A DNA stretch of 64,000 nt, taken from the NCBI GenBank assembly GCA_002633005.1, contig NMRA01000023.1, forward strand, positions 640,205 to 704,204, written 5' to 3'. This document shows positions 1 to 13,900 of this stretch, one piece after another. Under the pieces are notes generated by a model. It had not been told where the DNA came from. It saw only the letters and a program-made list of their open reading frames with translations, and searched no databases. Source of the stretch: Phoronis australis (lineage: Eukaryota > Animalia > Phoronida). How positions within the stretch are numbered: position 1 is the first letter of the stretch; every line of letters begins with the position of its first letter. A program made the translations under genes and the position numbers.

Positions 1-1866
1 AATCTTTTAAATAAAGAAAAGTATTCCGTACACGTCGCATTCAGTCAGTGGCAGCGGCATTGGCCCTTACAACAAGACAATCGTGTGGTAAGTTGGTACA
101 AGGGTATTAAATGTTGGCTCAGCGGGGTCACAAGTGCTGATGAGCACAAAAAGGATGATGTAACAAGGGCCGGGATTATATATTTTTCTCAAAAACGAAA
201 TTATTTTTTAACATTTTCCGTCCTACTTTGATATGAACTCTTATTCTGAACTCGAGTGCATTACGGCTCTCGTGGATGACTGTGCAACTGTATTTTGCAC
301 TTGGTGACCCCATAATTTAAGCTCTAAATCCTAGTCTATACTTGACATCTCGAGTTGTTGCGCGAGTTTATAGGAAGAGTCTAGAGGTCATCAAATGCGA
401 ATTTGGACTACCCGGTTCAAAATGGTTTGGGTAACCCGTAATATATTCAAGGACAGAACAAATAAAAAAAAACGTACCGAGAGAGGTGTATATAAAGTAA
501 TAATCCCACTCGAAATTATTTCGTGCATCGACCTAGACTGAATCCCATACGATTCGAATTCCTAAGTTTGTTTCATTTTTCGCAGAGTTTATAATACTTC
601 CGGCAGACTGTTCACGTGGCGGATCACATCCTGTATGTACGACATGTACTTGGTTGTTAGGTTACAGGTTTTCTCTAGTAAAAACAGTTTTAAATGCAAC
701 AATTTATTACTTGATAAGAGATAACAAATATGAAAACAACGGTGATTGTGCATTGAACTTGCAACAATTCCTGAACATAGCTTAAGTAACCAAAATAACG
801 AGGAATCGGCGCCTGAGTTGCAGACAATATAATATTTAGCAATTGAAAACTAAGACAGAAGTGTCATACAATTAACAGTTTTGTTCCAGATGTTACGTTT
901 GGGACCTGATTGCATGTTGAATGTTATATACACTGCTGCAATTGTTTTACTTTAAACTATTTTGGGAAAGTTTGATGATTGAACCGGCTAACGACGTCGA
1001 GTCGACTTTGACCTACCTTTTGAACTTTACATGTAAGAGGGCGCTGTTAAAGTAGTCCGGTAGGGAAATACGGAAAACAAATATCACTTTTCCGTATTGC
1101 ACTCGACTGATTCAACGTGTAGGTGATAACAGATAATTATCCTGAGTTCGAAGGAGAAAGACAAATGTAAAATATATTTTCAAATAAAAAGATTAGCACC
1201 CAGGGACATGGTGTCATATGATGCAGGTGGTTTACATGAACGAGCAGCTTAGAGATGTATATAGGAATAGTCGTCGTTATGTAAATCATCAGAAAGGAGG
1301 GTTGTTGGGTGATAGCGAGGAACAGTGCTTAACTGGTAACACACAGCAGGCTTCTTAATGAAACGCTATATCCCATCGTGTCGAGTGAATGACTTGTCGC
1401 GACTGGCATAGAGGTATGCCTGAAGAACATTGGGTAGGGCATGGTTTCGATTCCTGCTCCTCGATATATCTCTCCGCAGATGTATTTCCTTGGGGTTGAA
1501 CTCGTTTCTCGGCCGGGGATGTACTGGCGATCGTTGACACGGATTTGCTCATAGAAATTTGATTTTGCCGCTCCCATAGATCACGTGCAGAGAAAACTTG
1601 GCTGCGGATCTCAACTTTAACTTTTAAACGGTGATCGCAAATTCACACCGGATACTGGTCCGTCACCTAACGTTTATTTTTGAAGCTCGTACTCCAATTC
1701 AGTAATAACACTTTGGGCGACAGTGTTCCTTTTATAGTCTTCGCACGACCGATGTAGCTGAAGGTAGGATCATCTTGAAGACTAATGAATCAATCAGGGG
1801 AGACCATCAATAGGATGAAAACTTAAGCAGAAGGGGTAGTCACGTAGGACGAAACAAATCCATCTC

Positions 1867-1997
1867 ATGGGAAATAATACAAGCAACGGAGTAAAACGAA
1901 GTGCACAAGGACAAATAGTATCTCCAGACTGTTGCACACAATGTAGTAGGGCACATAGGTCTAGAAGTGGCGATGAACTCCAGGAAAAGAGCTTGAG
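1867..1997 (+). CDS. CATSPER4: CatSper4 putative first coding exon
   Basis: [11 protein letters not shown]...EKSL, donor AG|GTTTGG, phase 2 matches next exon; no homology support. Confidence 0.45.
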
Positions 1998-4900
1998 GTT
2001 TGGTGTGTTTTTTGACAACCAACAAGCTAACCTGAGAAATAGAGGTGCCAGTTTCACACTTTTGGCTGTTGCAACTTTCTTCGAAGGACGAGTGCCCGTC
2101 TTGAGACCACATTGGTCAGTGCTCAATCACGGTGATCGTCTGGTGAAGAGTAAACACTTTAGCAGTTAATAATGTTTTGAATTTTGGGACTTCTTACCAC
2201 GGCACCCTAAAATAGGTGGGTGAACGAATATACTTGGCACCGATGTTCAATGAACTCTGGGGCGCTGTGAATAGTCTGTTTTTCTCATTCATAGCGTGAT
2301 TTCAGTCTTTAATTTCTGCTCTAAGGAACGACACAGAGTAAACATAATAAGATTTAACTTAAAAGTGCGAGTCAGAGACAGAAATAACGCTTGATCATGA
2401 ATTATGTCCACAGTGTGTGGATACTGGGGGATTGTTTTAAGTTGATGATCTGTAGTTTTTTCGCCTGAACTGAAAGATAATTCAAATATTTACGTTAAAA
2501 TAACTTTAGGATGTCTCATTTCAGTTGTCCCTCTGTACAAAGACGCTTTTTATTTGATGCTGCAGCGGTGAGTTAATATTGAAAATTCTGTTTCTAACCT
2601 GTAACATTTTAAGAGGTGACATGTGTAGGAAATCTATTTTTTCAATTTCAAAATCAGGAAAATTAAAAATAGTTTTCTTTGCTCAGTCAAATCCTTTTCC
2701 TTGCTAGCTTGTTGACAGGAAACACATGCTTTTTCATGGAGACCCGCCGCCATTGGAAGATTTTAACGATATTGTTGACATTGACGATAACAGAGCTGAA
2801 GATATTGTGTCCCAGGAACTATGCAGGAAAGTCCTGGAGTCGGGACCATTTAGGTTTGTATTTCTTATTCTAGCAACAACGGGGTTCAGACTAAATGCGA
2901 TTTCTCACATGACCTGTAATGTGTTACGACAAGACTGCTTAATAACACCGAGTACTTAATTTTTTTTTATTACATGAGCGAATCACAAAGTAGTGCAGAA
3001 TAGAAATTCATACGCCTTACATTTTATCATCCGCAAAACATTAATACCAAGAACCAAACAATGCCGGAATTCCTCGATGAAAACAAGGTTATGGATGACA
3101 AATTGGGTATCGCAACTGTAATTAAAAGAGAGGGTGTTCTGTACACGGTAAAAATAGTTGGGACAGATTTTTTTAACATTCATGACGCCAGACTAGCAAA
3201 ATTAGCTGAAAGTGAAAAATATCTTAGTGTAACCACTGGCGGGTCAAGTCGGTTCGTCGACTGCCACCCTTACCAAGTCAGTGAAACATATCTATGTACT
3301 CCCAGTCGAAAGGACATGCAAGCAATTTCATAACGGATCCATCTTCGGCGGCGAATTCCATATCCACATACATTGAAACTGGGAAGAACCTCAACTCAAC
3401 ATGTCACACGGTGAGCTGACCAGTTGTGCTGTCTCAAGGTCATTTCAGTGCTCAAGCACGGGGTAGTCCTGCTGACTCTGTTATTTATAACAGTTTGTTA
3501 ACTTTTAAAGTTATAACTCCAAAGAGCATTTATTAGGTTCTAACTTCAACGTTTGTTACGAAAGCTAAATGAAATTTAGAATTGTCAAGTTTGCAATAAA
3601 ATTATTAGCAAAAATTAACCGGGTTTACTTTGGATTGCCTAATCTTGCATTTACAAAACTTGCGTCATGTGGTTGAAAGTTCCAGACAGGTCGAGTTTTT
3701 CGGGAAAAAGATGGTTTTACGGTTCACGTGAGAAAACAAATCCTACACACGTCTCAGGTTTGTGACATGGGCAAAACCTCTTGGAAATTTCCAAAAGAGT
3801 TTGCCTTGATATCATAAAACTGAGACTCGTGTAGGATTCTCTATATCCCTTTCACTCAACTGAAATTATATTATAGCCATCGTTTGACATTTTTATTAAA
3901 GGTGTTACTAAGTTCTAAAAAAATAACAATACTAGGCCTATACCTTTGAGATAAGGCGTTGCAATGTTTGGTTTCTCAACCAATGTATCTTTACAAACTG
4001 CACTATTGACCTGGTAAAACTGTCAAAAGCATAACTTCGAAAAACAACAAGATAAAAGTAGACGAAAATTACGAAATAGGACAAAAATATTCCGAGTGGA
4101 GCGCTCTTCGCCAGCCGCTGCACTGATCGATACATAAGAACACACCTCTCAGAATGTTCAGCTATTGTTAAACTGAATGTGTACATGTATATTTACCCGT
4201 TTTTATATTCTCTTTAAATGATAAGTCGGTGATGCCGTGCTTCTATTTATATCCTTATGTGGAATCCATTATTTCATACGTAACGCCTGCGGATGAAAAC
4301 GTTTCTCCTTTAAGTGTGAACCACGTGTGTTTAATCGTATCATTCATTTGTATAGTACTAAATTTACTCAAATGTTCAATAAATTATTCACACTACGTTG
4401 CTGAAGTACATGAAATGGAAGAAATTAAAGGGACATTGTCATTATTAAGGCTTAAACCCCACATTGATAGACGGGGTAGACCTTAAGGTCTTAGCAACAA
4501 CAAAGTATGTTGTAGTTCTGCGATGTTATTACAAGTTGCGAACTTCTCGGCGTTGCTTGCTAGCCATTCGCTGAAATCAATGTCGGTGACTTTACCAGTT
4601 AATACGGGTAAAATATGTTTATTTATCGAGTGGGATTGAGCTCCGCCACCACAGCATCAACCGCGGGCTGCAGGTTCGAGTCCGCGTTGTGGCAAATCTC
4701 AGAAATTCATTTTCTTCCCGATAACGACCCTTTAACGAAGTAGACCGACGAGGCGATGTTCGTATTACACTTCGGCCTGCGTTTGTTTTAGGCTGGTGAT
4801 ACTTGGTCTAATCATAATCAACGCCATTCTCATCGGTATTCAGACGAACGAAGAACTGGTAAGTCAATACGAATCCGCCGTTTTTAAAATCCCAATATCA

Positions 4901-7900
4901 AATTATCATCTTTGACGATTTTTGTCATAACTTTAAAGCGTCTAAAAGCCATATTCTGATATTTGCTCTTTCTTTGCGTTCTCTGTTTGAATCGGCACTG
5001 GTTACAGTAAAACGAATATAATTTCTTTGCCGACTAATACGAACCGGATATGAGAAGTTACTTACAGAGCCCTCTCTGGAGCAATAACCAACTGCCGGTT
5101 CTTCTCAAGTCTAGCAGCCATTACTAAACCAAGTAAAGATCACGTTAAGACCGATTTTACAACTGCAAGCGGCCTAAGTCAAATGTTTGCCCTTTTAAGG
5201 TGACTGAGTAAATTCACAACCATAATAATTAAAGCTGTGTTCACAAAATTTGTTTCAGACTATAGATTACTTCTATCTGTTAACAATCTTCGACCAGTTT
5301 GTGCTTACCATCTTCATCTGTGAGCTGCTTCTCAAGTGGTACTACGGCTTCTGGGTGTTCTGGAGAGTTGGCTGGAACGTCCTCGACTTTATTATTATCC
5401 TCCTGCTATTAGTTGGACCAAGTCAGTATTTTCTTGGAGCTCTAGCTTTGCTGATTTTTAAGGTTACGTAAGACTTCATTGGCCAGTCTGTGTGTTTAGC
5501 CAAATGTCTATAAAATCAAAGATTTTGCTTTGAGAAAGTATGAACTTTTGCTGATATAAAATCAAAGATTTTATATCAGCAAAAGTTCATACTTTCTCAA
5601 AGCAAAAGGCCTGCAGAGTTTAATGTTTGACTTTATACCAATGGGCCGTTAATTGGGTCACGCAACCATGTTTTAGTAAAATTTATCTAAGATAAAAGAG
5701 AAAGATACATTGATAGCAAAACAACAGTATCGATAAATGATCCAATTTTATTTGATATGAATGTCGAGGTGAGATCTCAAAACAATATTGCAGTAGATTG
5801 CAGCAGGTTTCTTAAATATCCTTTTGTATTCGTTTCATGTAGCTTTAGAACGTTTTCATCATCACCATGATGCCATATAATTACATTACATGCATTTATA
5901 CATACTTATATAATCGTTTCAGCTCTTACCTTCCTGGGAAGCAGCAGAATCCTTAGAATACTCCGCGTATTTCGAGCTTTCCGAAGCATACGTAGGTACG
6001 TGAAAAATGGGCACTGTACCACCACACCATTTTTGAAGCATCTGATAAACGAGTCGATCAACTGACTAGCTTGATGATTGATTAATTGTGGATGTTTTAC
6101 CTTCAGCGTTGGCGCCTTTGCTGGCTTGTCCACTGTTGTGCAAACTATTCTCCAATCAATTCCCGGTAAGTCATTTGTGATAATTTAGAAATACAGTTGT
6201 CAAAGATTCCCAGACTTAAGTCCTTCAAGCAGTCACGTGGGTGCACTTTCTCCCATTGCCTTGTTTGACAGAAACGTTCACGTTCATCAAAATTTCTCAA
6301 CTACATCGCTTGTCTACAGTTGCGAAGTCGACGTACACAGACAACTTTTAAAAGAAGTCTCCAGTCCCACGTGACCAATTACGACCATTGAGGAAGCATT
6401 TAAAGCTCCTGGTGCCAAAAACGACTTTGTTCACGGGCGACGACATTTGGTCTTCCAGAACAACGTCATCGTTTTCTTATCCTTTGGTTGAATTGGTAAA
6501 ACCTGAAGACTTTCATATTTTGACTTTATCAATTGGGTCACGTGACCATGTCTTTTAAATAAAATTTAGCAAAAAAAGAAGTTATTTCCAAGCAAAACAA
6601 TGGTATCAATAATGTGACCAAATTTGATTTGATATAAAAGTTTAAGAGGAAATCTCGAAAAAACACTACTACTTTTCTAAATTTTTATTTCCTTTTCGTT
6701 TTTAGTAACTTTTTCATTTTCTTCATAACAATCAAAAAAGTCCGATTTTTGGTAGCCCCTCGTGCAAGTACAGAACATTTTAAAAACAAGTGTCACATGG
6801 ATCCATTCAACCATTTTTGAGATAAGATGTTTCGAAGTCTGCCTAATTTGGTCAGTTTTCGAAGGCCCTAAATACCGGGAATTTCCGAATATAGGTACAT
6901 GTACGTGGACGGATATTCGGAAAACAACCTTTCCAAGACATCATTTGAAATGGAATATGCCTCTCGGTGGTATGTTCGGAAAGCGAGGCCTATTGTGGGA
7001 AATTGTACCAAACATTTTATGAAGCAGTTTTTGTGAAACAAACATGAGTTGGGAAGTTTTTTGAAATAAACAGTTCGCTTTTTATGTGTGCTCTAGTAGT
7101 TGTTCTTCAATACTTACTTTGCATCTAAATACATTGCCTTAAAACTGCCATTCGTACTGGGCTAACAAAAGAATCCATAAGATTTTCAAACATGCAAACA
7201 GTTACTGAAAATACACCCATGGGCGTACTTTTGGGTAAGCCTATTTTCGAAAAATTTCGTTAACCTTAAGCAGCCCAAATTCTATTGGTAGGTAAACGCT
7301 ATAAAACTTGATAACTTCGAAGCGCATATTTTGGATAGGGTCAACGGCGCTTTTTAAAAGTCAAAGGTCAATGGATGCAACAGAGACTTTTGAGCTAGCC
7401 TTTTCACTTCATAACATTCACAAACTTTGGGGGTAATTAGTGGCAACCGTGCGTAATTAAGAGCATTATGTTCAGCTAATTTGTACTTTTATTCTTTACA
7501 AGGGATAACTCTCATTTTCACAGTGATTCAACGAACCAAAATATCAAATCTTACTGGTTATATTGTTCAGACTTACATGGGCTACGAAGGGGTCAACCAG
7601 TAAATTTCTTGAGTTAGACTCTGGAAGTTATATTACGAAGCAGACGTAAATAGATGCATCAGCGGGAGAATTTTAGTAAAGCAATGGCAGCTTACCACGT
7701 GGGACCGATGGCTCTTATCGCCACCACAGAACTCTAGCCCTGGAATGCCAACTCCGATCTCGTGGCCACGTGTAGTCTATGTTACCGCTAACAATAGACA
7801 TTATAACACATTTTTACGATTGTTATGTTACTAAAGAAAGTGGACTTCTCAAAGAGACAACGTTATTTTGAACACCTATTGCATAGTTGTTACGGTAAAC

Positions 7901-10900
7901 ATTCGAGAACGAAAATGCGGAACAACTAGTATAAAGAGTGGGACATCAGGATAAATGCCGGGCATTTGGGTCTAAGCCAAAAGTTAAGGATGTAATGTTC
8001 GCTGCAAAACACAAAGACGTACCGAAAGCGTTTTCTGGTCGAACGGGAGATGTTGTTACTTGAGGGGGAAATTGCGGGTGCCGCAAAAACCCATGAAACG
8101 TCCAGTTTTTTTCTTTTTGTCCATCGGGAAAATATGGCTATGTCGCTTGGAAAATTGCACTAGTATATGATAATACATGTACGTCAATTTGGCTGGGTGT
8201 CTGAAAGCGGGGCATTTAAGTGGTGTAGCGGACTGTCGGAAAAAATAAAAAAGTGGGACAGTTCGCCAAGAGCTGGACAATTGGCAGAAACTCTGGACGC
8301 TCTCAGCAACAGGATGTTCTGGATTGATTCCTTTTACAAGGCAAACATTTTTTAACATTATATTACCCGGGTATAGGGAAATACTACAGATAACAGTAGG
8401 CCTAATACTCAGAAATCGAATTAACAACAAACGGCATCTGGGCAACAGTTGAATATTGCACAAATGAACTATAATAGAAACAATTGAAAACAGTAATAAT
8501 ACACACGTGCACACGGACGCACGCACACACACACATANNNNNNNNNNNNNNNNNACACACACACACACACAACAACAACAATTATGAGTAATTTTTTGAA
8601 AGTTACGTAAGCACGTAAATGTCTTGTCGAAACACATCTGCCATGTAGTATGATAGGTTGTCGAAAGCGGTTCTACGACTGGAGCTGAAAAGACGTTAGA
8701 GGCCAAACTCTACTGGCATCTACCCAAGGACACAGGTTTAGTGCTTATATGACCACTGCAGTTGCCGGATTTTTTGACTAATTTTGGTGATTATATGGAA
8801 ACACATCTCAAGAGTCTCGCTTGATGAGCAATAATGACAAAATGAAATTGAAGCAATGAAATTAGGCTTGATTTAATAACTACGACTCTCAATCAAAACC
8901 TGGTCGAGCAGGCAGCCGGAAATTCTCAGTGCGAACTCTCGGGTCGCAAGCTGCAATAATAAAATACATTGGTCACACGCAGAAGTTGGCATTCCAGAGC
9001 AACAGTTCTATGTCGCCACGTAGCTTTACCAGGACGTATTATTTCTTCTTCGCAACTGGTGGCATAGGGGGACACTTTGACTTCGTGAAAATACCCATTT
9101 GCAATGTATGTGATGAGTGTTAAACAAAATGTATGCCATGTGACATTTACAACTCCATTGTCACAACATGAGGGCACTATGACGAAACGTACCAACGATT
9201 TCCAAACTTCTGATGGGATCTAGTGAACCCGTTTAAAGGGTCATAGGTCAATGAGTATAAAAGTGTAAATATTAATGTATGTCAAATCCATGCTTATGTT
9301 TGGCTCATCCAAAACTTTAGGTTACCAGGTTAAATTTTGGGATGAAGAAGAGTATTTTTCTGTTGAACTGTACAGCTTTACCTACTTGCCCTTTATAACT
9401 GTATTAGAGAAAACTCTGAAATCCATGCCAATCAATATCTGTGGTCAGTCTACGACTCACTGCTCACGAGCGTACGCCACGCACATAGTTCTAAGGGCTC
9501 ACACCCAATTGACTATCACGTGTTTATGTTCTTATTTACATTTCCTCAGATATGGCGAACATTGTTCTTCTGCTCTTGATAATCCTGCTCGTCTTTGCCG
9601 TGATGGGATGTGCTCTCTTCGGAAAGGAGTTAGACCATCACTTTGGCGACCTAATTATTGGTAATAGTTACGAGTGATTGGCTGCACTTGATTTACTTCG
9701 CCGGCTCAGCCGAATCAGCCAGTTAGGACATCTGATTGATCTGTTAGCCGGAAGTCGTCGTAAAGAAACAATCGGTTAAAAGTTCAGTAGCTGTTTCGCG
9801 GGGAAAAAATCTAGCCAAAATCACAATATCCCCCGTAATCTTGCGAAGTTTGGATTTGTAGCGAGGTCCTAGCGTTAGTCCTAGCTATACTGAACTCTAC
9901 ATGTACGCAGATGTCTTATCCGTTTGACCAGCGAATTGAGTCAACGTTGTTTTGTTCAGTTTTACCAGTGCAAGACTGTAAGTATCGTAACGTTCGACGA
10001 TGCTTGCATGTGTACTTGTGGACACACTTTCTCGTAATACATGGTTGTCCCAGTATGTGAGCATTTTAAAACCATGCCCTCAATACTATCACTTTTTGTA
10101 TCACACGTCATAAATTTGCGACTACTGTTTCATAATGTGTTCGTGAAATATAAACGGTAGGCCTACACCTGCATTACGTCGTTCTCCAAGCTCTTATTGA
10201 TTTCAGCGTTATTCTCGCTGTTCATCTTCGTCACTCAAGATGGATGGGTAGGCATATACCACGATTTCAAGGTAATTTTGAGTATTTTTCAGTACTCACT
10301 AAACGTTAAACTTGATTATCGCACGTCGCGATGTGCCTTACGTGTACTGCTGGTGATATATCGTACTTAATTTTAATGTGCCACGGGCAGTGGAGGTGGA
10401 CAGAAAAAGAAGAGTGTAAGGAAAGATGGATGAGAAACTAGAGAATAAACGAAAGGGCAAAGCAGAGGAGAGAGAGAGAGAGCGAACTAAAAAGGGGGAA
10501 CTTGGCTAGTCAATGGCACTATGGGAGCCAACGATTAAAGTATCCTGTATTGTTTCATTGCTTCTGCATTTCAGAACACCAAAACAGAGGTAGAGGTCCT
10601 TGGTGCTGTATTTTGTTTTCTTGTCATCTTACTGGGTGCCTTCGTTTTCGCTAACCTGATCGTTGCAGTGGTCGTCACAAACTTGGTATGTTTTCGTTTT
10701 TCTTAGGATAATTCCCGTATTCCGCAGTCCCGCTCTTCTTGACCGTGAGGTAAGATTATGTTTATTGTACAACGGTGGCGCTGTGTTCATGACGGGCTTC
10801 GCTGCCAATCATCCAGGGTGAAATGTGGCATCCCGCATCCATGGATATTTATCCAGTTTATCCCACTTCCTTTGAATCGGCATTACAGCCAACGGCACAG

Positions 10901-13900
10901 CAGAAATATTTTCCCGGCATGACTTGAATATGGTCCAGTCATTCTAGGGCTCCAGAGGACACAAGCTAGAAAAAATTGCAACAGAGGGTTTTTTGCATAA
11001 ATGGCATCTTCAAACATCTCTTATTGTCAGAAAAAAATCTACCGAAATCGGAGTGGCGGAAGTCGGTTTTTCAAGATGGCGGAAAAATGACCGACAAAAC
11101 GGGTGTTTACTGTTTTCTGGCATACTACTCTTATGTAACAGCTAAAAATAAAACAATAAAGTTTGTAATTGATTATATACTTTTCATAACAGGCATACCA
11201 ATCAAAAGACGCCAATTTTCCGTAAAACCAATATGGCCGACAAAATGGCGGCCGAAACGGCAATTTGGTAAATGTTGCAAGATTTCTTTTATATTTTGCC
11301 CTGAAAATGGCAAAAGTTTTATTCTTTTGTAAGTTAGACAATTGAAAATGTCTGGACCTTACAATTGGTCACTGGTTTGCGAGAAAAAAATCAAGATGGC
11401 TGACAAAATGGCCACCAAAATGGCTGCCAATTCACAAACCCCAATTTACCGCACTTACGTTCTGCAAACTTTGTTTGTAACCTGATACGCATTTACACAA
11501 AAACATTTTACAATCTACAGTCAGGGTTAATGAGTTCTTTGTTTCTATAATTTGTTTTTAAGATTTATATACTAAATGTGGAATTTTAATCACATTTTAG
11601 ACTATATAACATAAAAGTCGGTGTTTTCAGAAAAGGCTTTAGTTAAATTTTCATAATATATTTTACAAACTCATATATTTTTCTGTAAAATATATTCATA
11701 TGAGGTATCAAAATAATATTTTTTAGAAAAATGTGTTATTCTGGTGAGTTATTGGCTTATTCATTATACAAACCCTTAATAAAATTGGGCAGGAAGTGGC
11801 TTTTTTCTCTGTTATTGGAGATATTATTAGTTGTTCCCAAGCACCGATTTCGTCTGCTGCTGGCATGTATTGAGAATTTGGCTGCTGATTTCACCTGAAT
11901 TTGATGAAGAGCAAATAGGATTGTGTAACAAAAAGTTATTAATTAAATTTTAATAGTTAGGACTCACAATTTGTTTATATGAACATAGGTAACTGATTTT
12001 AGAGGAAATTAGTGCCTGCAAACAAAACTACAGTGACCTGAAGTCACTTGTTCTTAGCCAGGCTTGGAAGATTTCATACTCGGAGATGAGCTTTCTGGAA
12101 TGTATTGGATACGTAATGTCAAGCACAGGGCTTCAAGAAGTTCTTGAGACGGTGTAAGCATCAAACAGTGTGATCCTTATATTAAATGGAAAAAGTGTGG
12201 ATAGAGCAGTGAGGGGGCATATGTTGGTAGACTCAGCACTGAATGCTATCATGAAAGCCAGAACATTCAACATTCCACTTCCAAATATTGACAGATCAAG
12301 TAACGCCAATCCAAAACCAATGAAGAAAGAAATTCATGTTCTTCAGAAATTCCAGGAGTCCAGAATGTCACCAACACAGAACACACAGATTACATGCCAA
12401 GAGCAGTTCAATGCTTGTACACAGCCTTTGGCTCGTCAGAAGATGAAGACAGATTTTCAGACATCTCAGACATCCCAACTGATCACATAACTAGATGTAT
12501 ACTATGGGGCATGCCATATCCAGCCAGTGTCTTCCGATTCTGAACCTTGGATTACGGTGAAATGCCCTCACGAGAGTTCACTTCTGGTTTCCGACCTACT
12601 GCCACTGGTATATTCAAACACGACTGAATCAGAGTATAGGTCTTCAGAATTCACAGTGACAGAGAATAGTTCGTCAAAAGAATCAATGTCCAATGATATT
12701 CTTCATGATGATTTGAGAGCTGGTCTGAAGCAGTGTGATGATCTTATTGCTGGCATGACGTCTGTGTGCGACGATGTATGCTGGACGGAGTGTCTTGTGG
12801 GTGTCCATAAAAAATCAAAGCACATAAATCAGACTTGTCCGTGCAAAGTCGAATCATTAGTCTTTGACTACAGTATATGAAGATGATTGACATCCTTCGA
12901 CTTTTTTAAAAGCAGAAATAACGTCAGATTGGGAGCTTCACCTAAAAGCAGTTTCTGAAATGCTGCCTTACTTTGCAGCTGCTGGTCACAACTCTTATGC
13001 AAAATCTTCATACATATACTTGACTGAAGCAGACATAGCACCCGTCCAGACGTCTATGACCAACAAACCATAAGACAAAGTGACAGATTATGGGCAGGCT
13101 TGTCATGATGAGATATGATCTGGTAATTGAACAACTGCTCATGAAAAGTATTAAAGCAACAGGAGGTTTAACTAGAGGTTTGCGAAATGGGAGATACACA
13201 GAGTGCACCGTTGAATTCCTCCACAACAGTAACCCATTTTAAAGAGAAACATTACAGAACATCGCCATTGGTGTGACTGCAGACACATGCGTCAGTGCCG
13301 AAAATGCCGGAGAAGTGGGGAAGGAGGTTCACTTTTCTATGGAGGGGTCAAGTGTGAACGACTTCACATTCAGAAAGAAAGACAAGGTTGTGGCAATGAC
13401 AAGTCAATCAGTTCATGTTGCTAATAGTAATTTTACACAAGTGGATCCACGACTGCTATTTCAGCGAATCCTGACAGCTGCAAAAGACAACAGTGAAAGT
13501 TCATCAAGCCTTTTGAAGTTTGAGCTGTGTGTTGGTTCCCCTGTTCTTTTTGATACATCTGGTCTTCCCAGATTCGCTAATAAATCAATATGAGCTGATG
13601 CACTCTGATCCAGTGGAGGACTACCTGAGGATTTCAATTTCCAGAAAACACGGTGATGCACGTAATCGACGACGGTTCTCTCCTTCACCGTATTCCATGG
13701 CCTAGAGGCGAAACGTTTCAGTCATTTGGTAGAGCTTATGTGGATTACATCAGCAAGTGCACCCCGCCTACTGTTGTTTTTGATGGTTACTGAGACGGAC
13801 CATCAACTAAAGATGTCTCCCATGTTCGAAGACTGGGTGGGTTGGTTGAAACTGAAGTTCACTTCAATGGTGATATGGTGATCAAGTAAAAAAGGAACAT

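Larger units (their letters stand above)
5620..6710 (+). repeat. Two diverged copies (about 5620-5850 and 6510-6710) of an intronic repeat
   Basis: Collinear shared blocks TTTGACTTTAT, AATTGGGTCACG, AGCAAAACAA..GTATC, ATTTGATAT, ATCTC. Confidence 0.7.

Noticed and set aside
1329-1750. Minus-strand ORFs; QGNTSAERYIEE faintly resembles a Tc1 transposase
   Set aside because: No DDE motifs, TIRs or splice structure found.
3061-3333. 90-aa intronic ORF
   Set aside because: No domain or splice support; not needed in the CatSper4 model.
6745-7595. Possible old MITE with diverged TIRs (GTAGCCC...GGGCTAC)
   Set aside because: Arms too diverged and no TSD.
8056-8706. 216-aa ORF
   Set aside because: Crosses a microsatellite and N gap inside a non-autonomous transposon.
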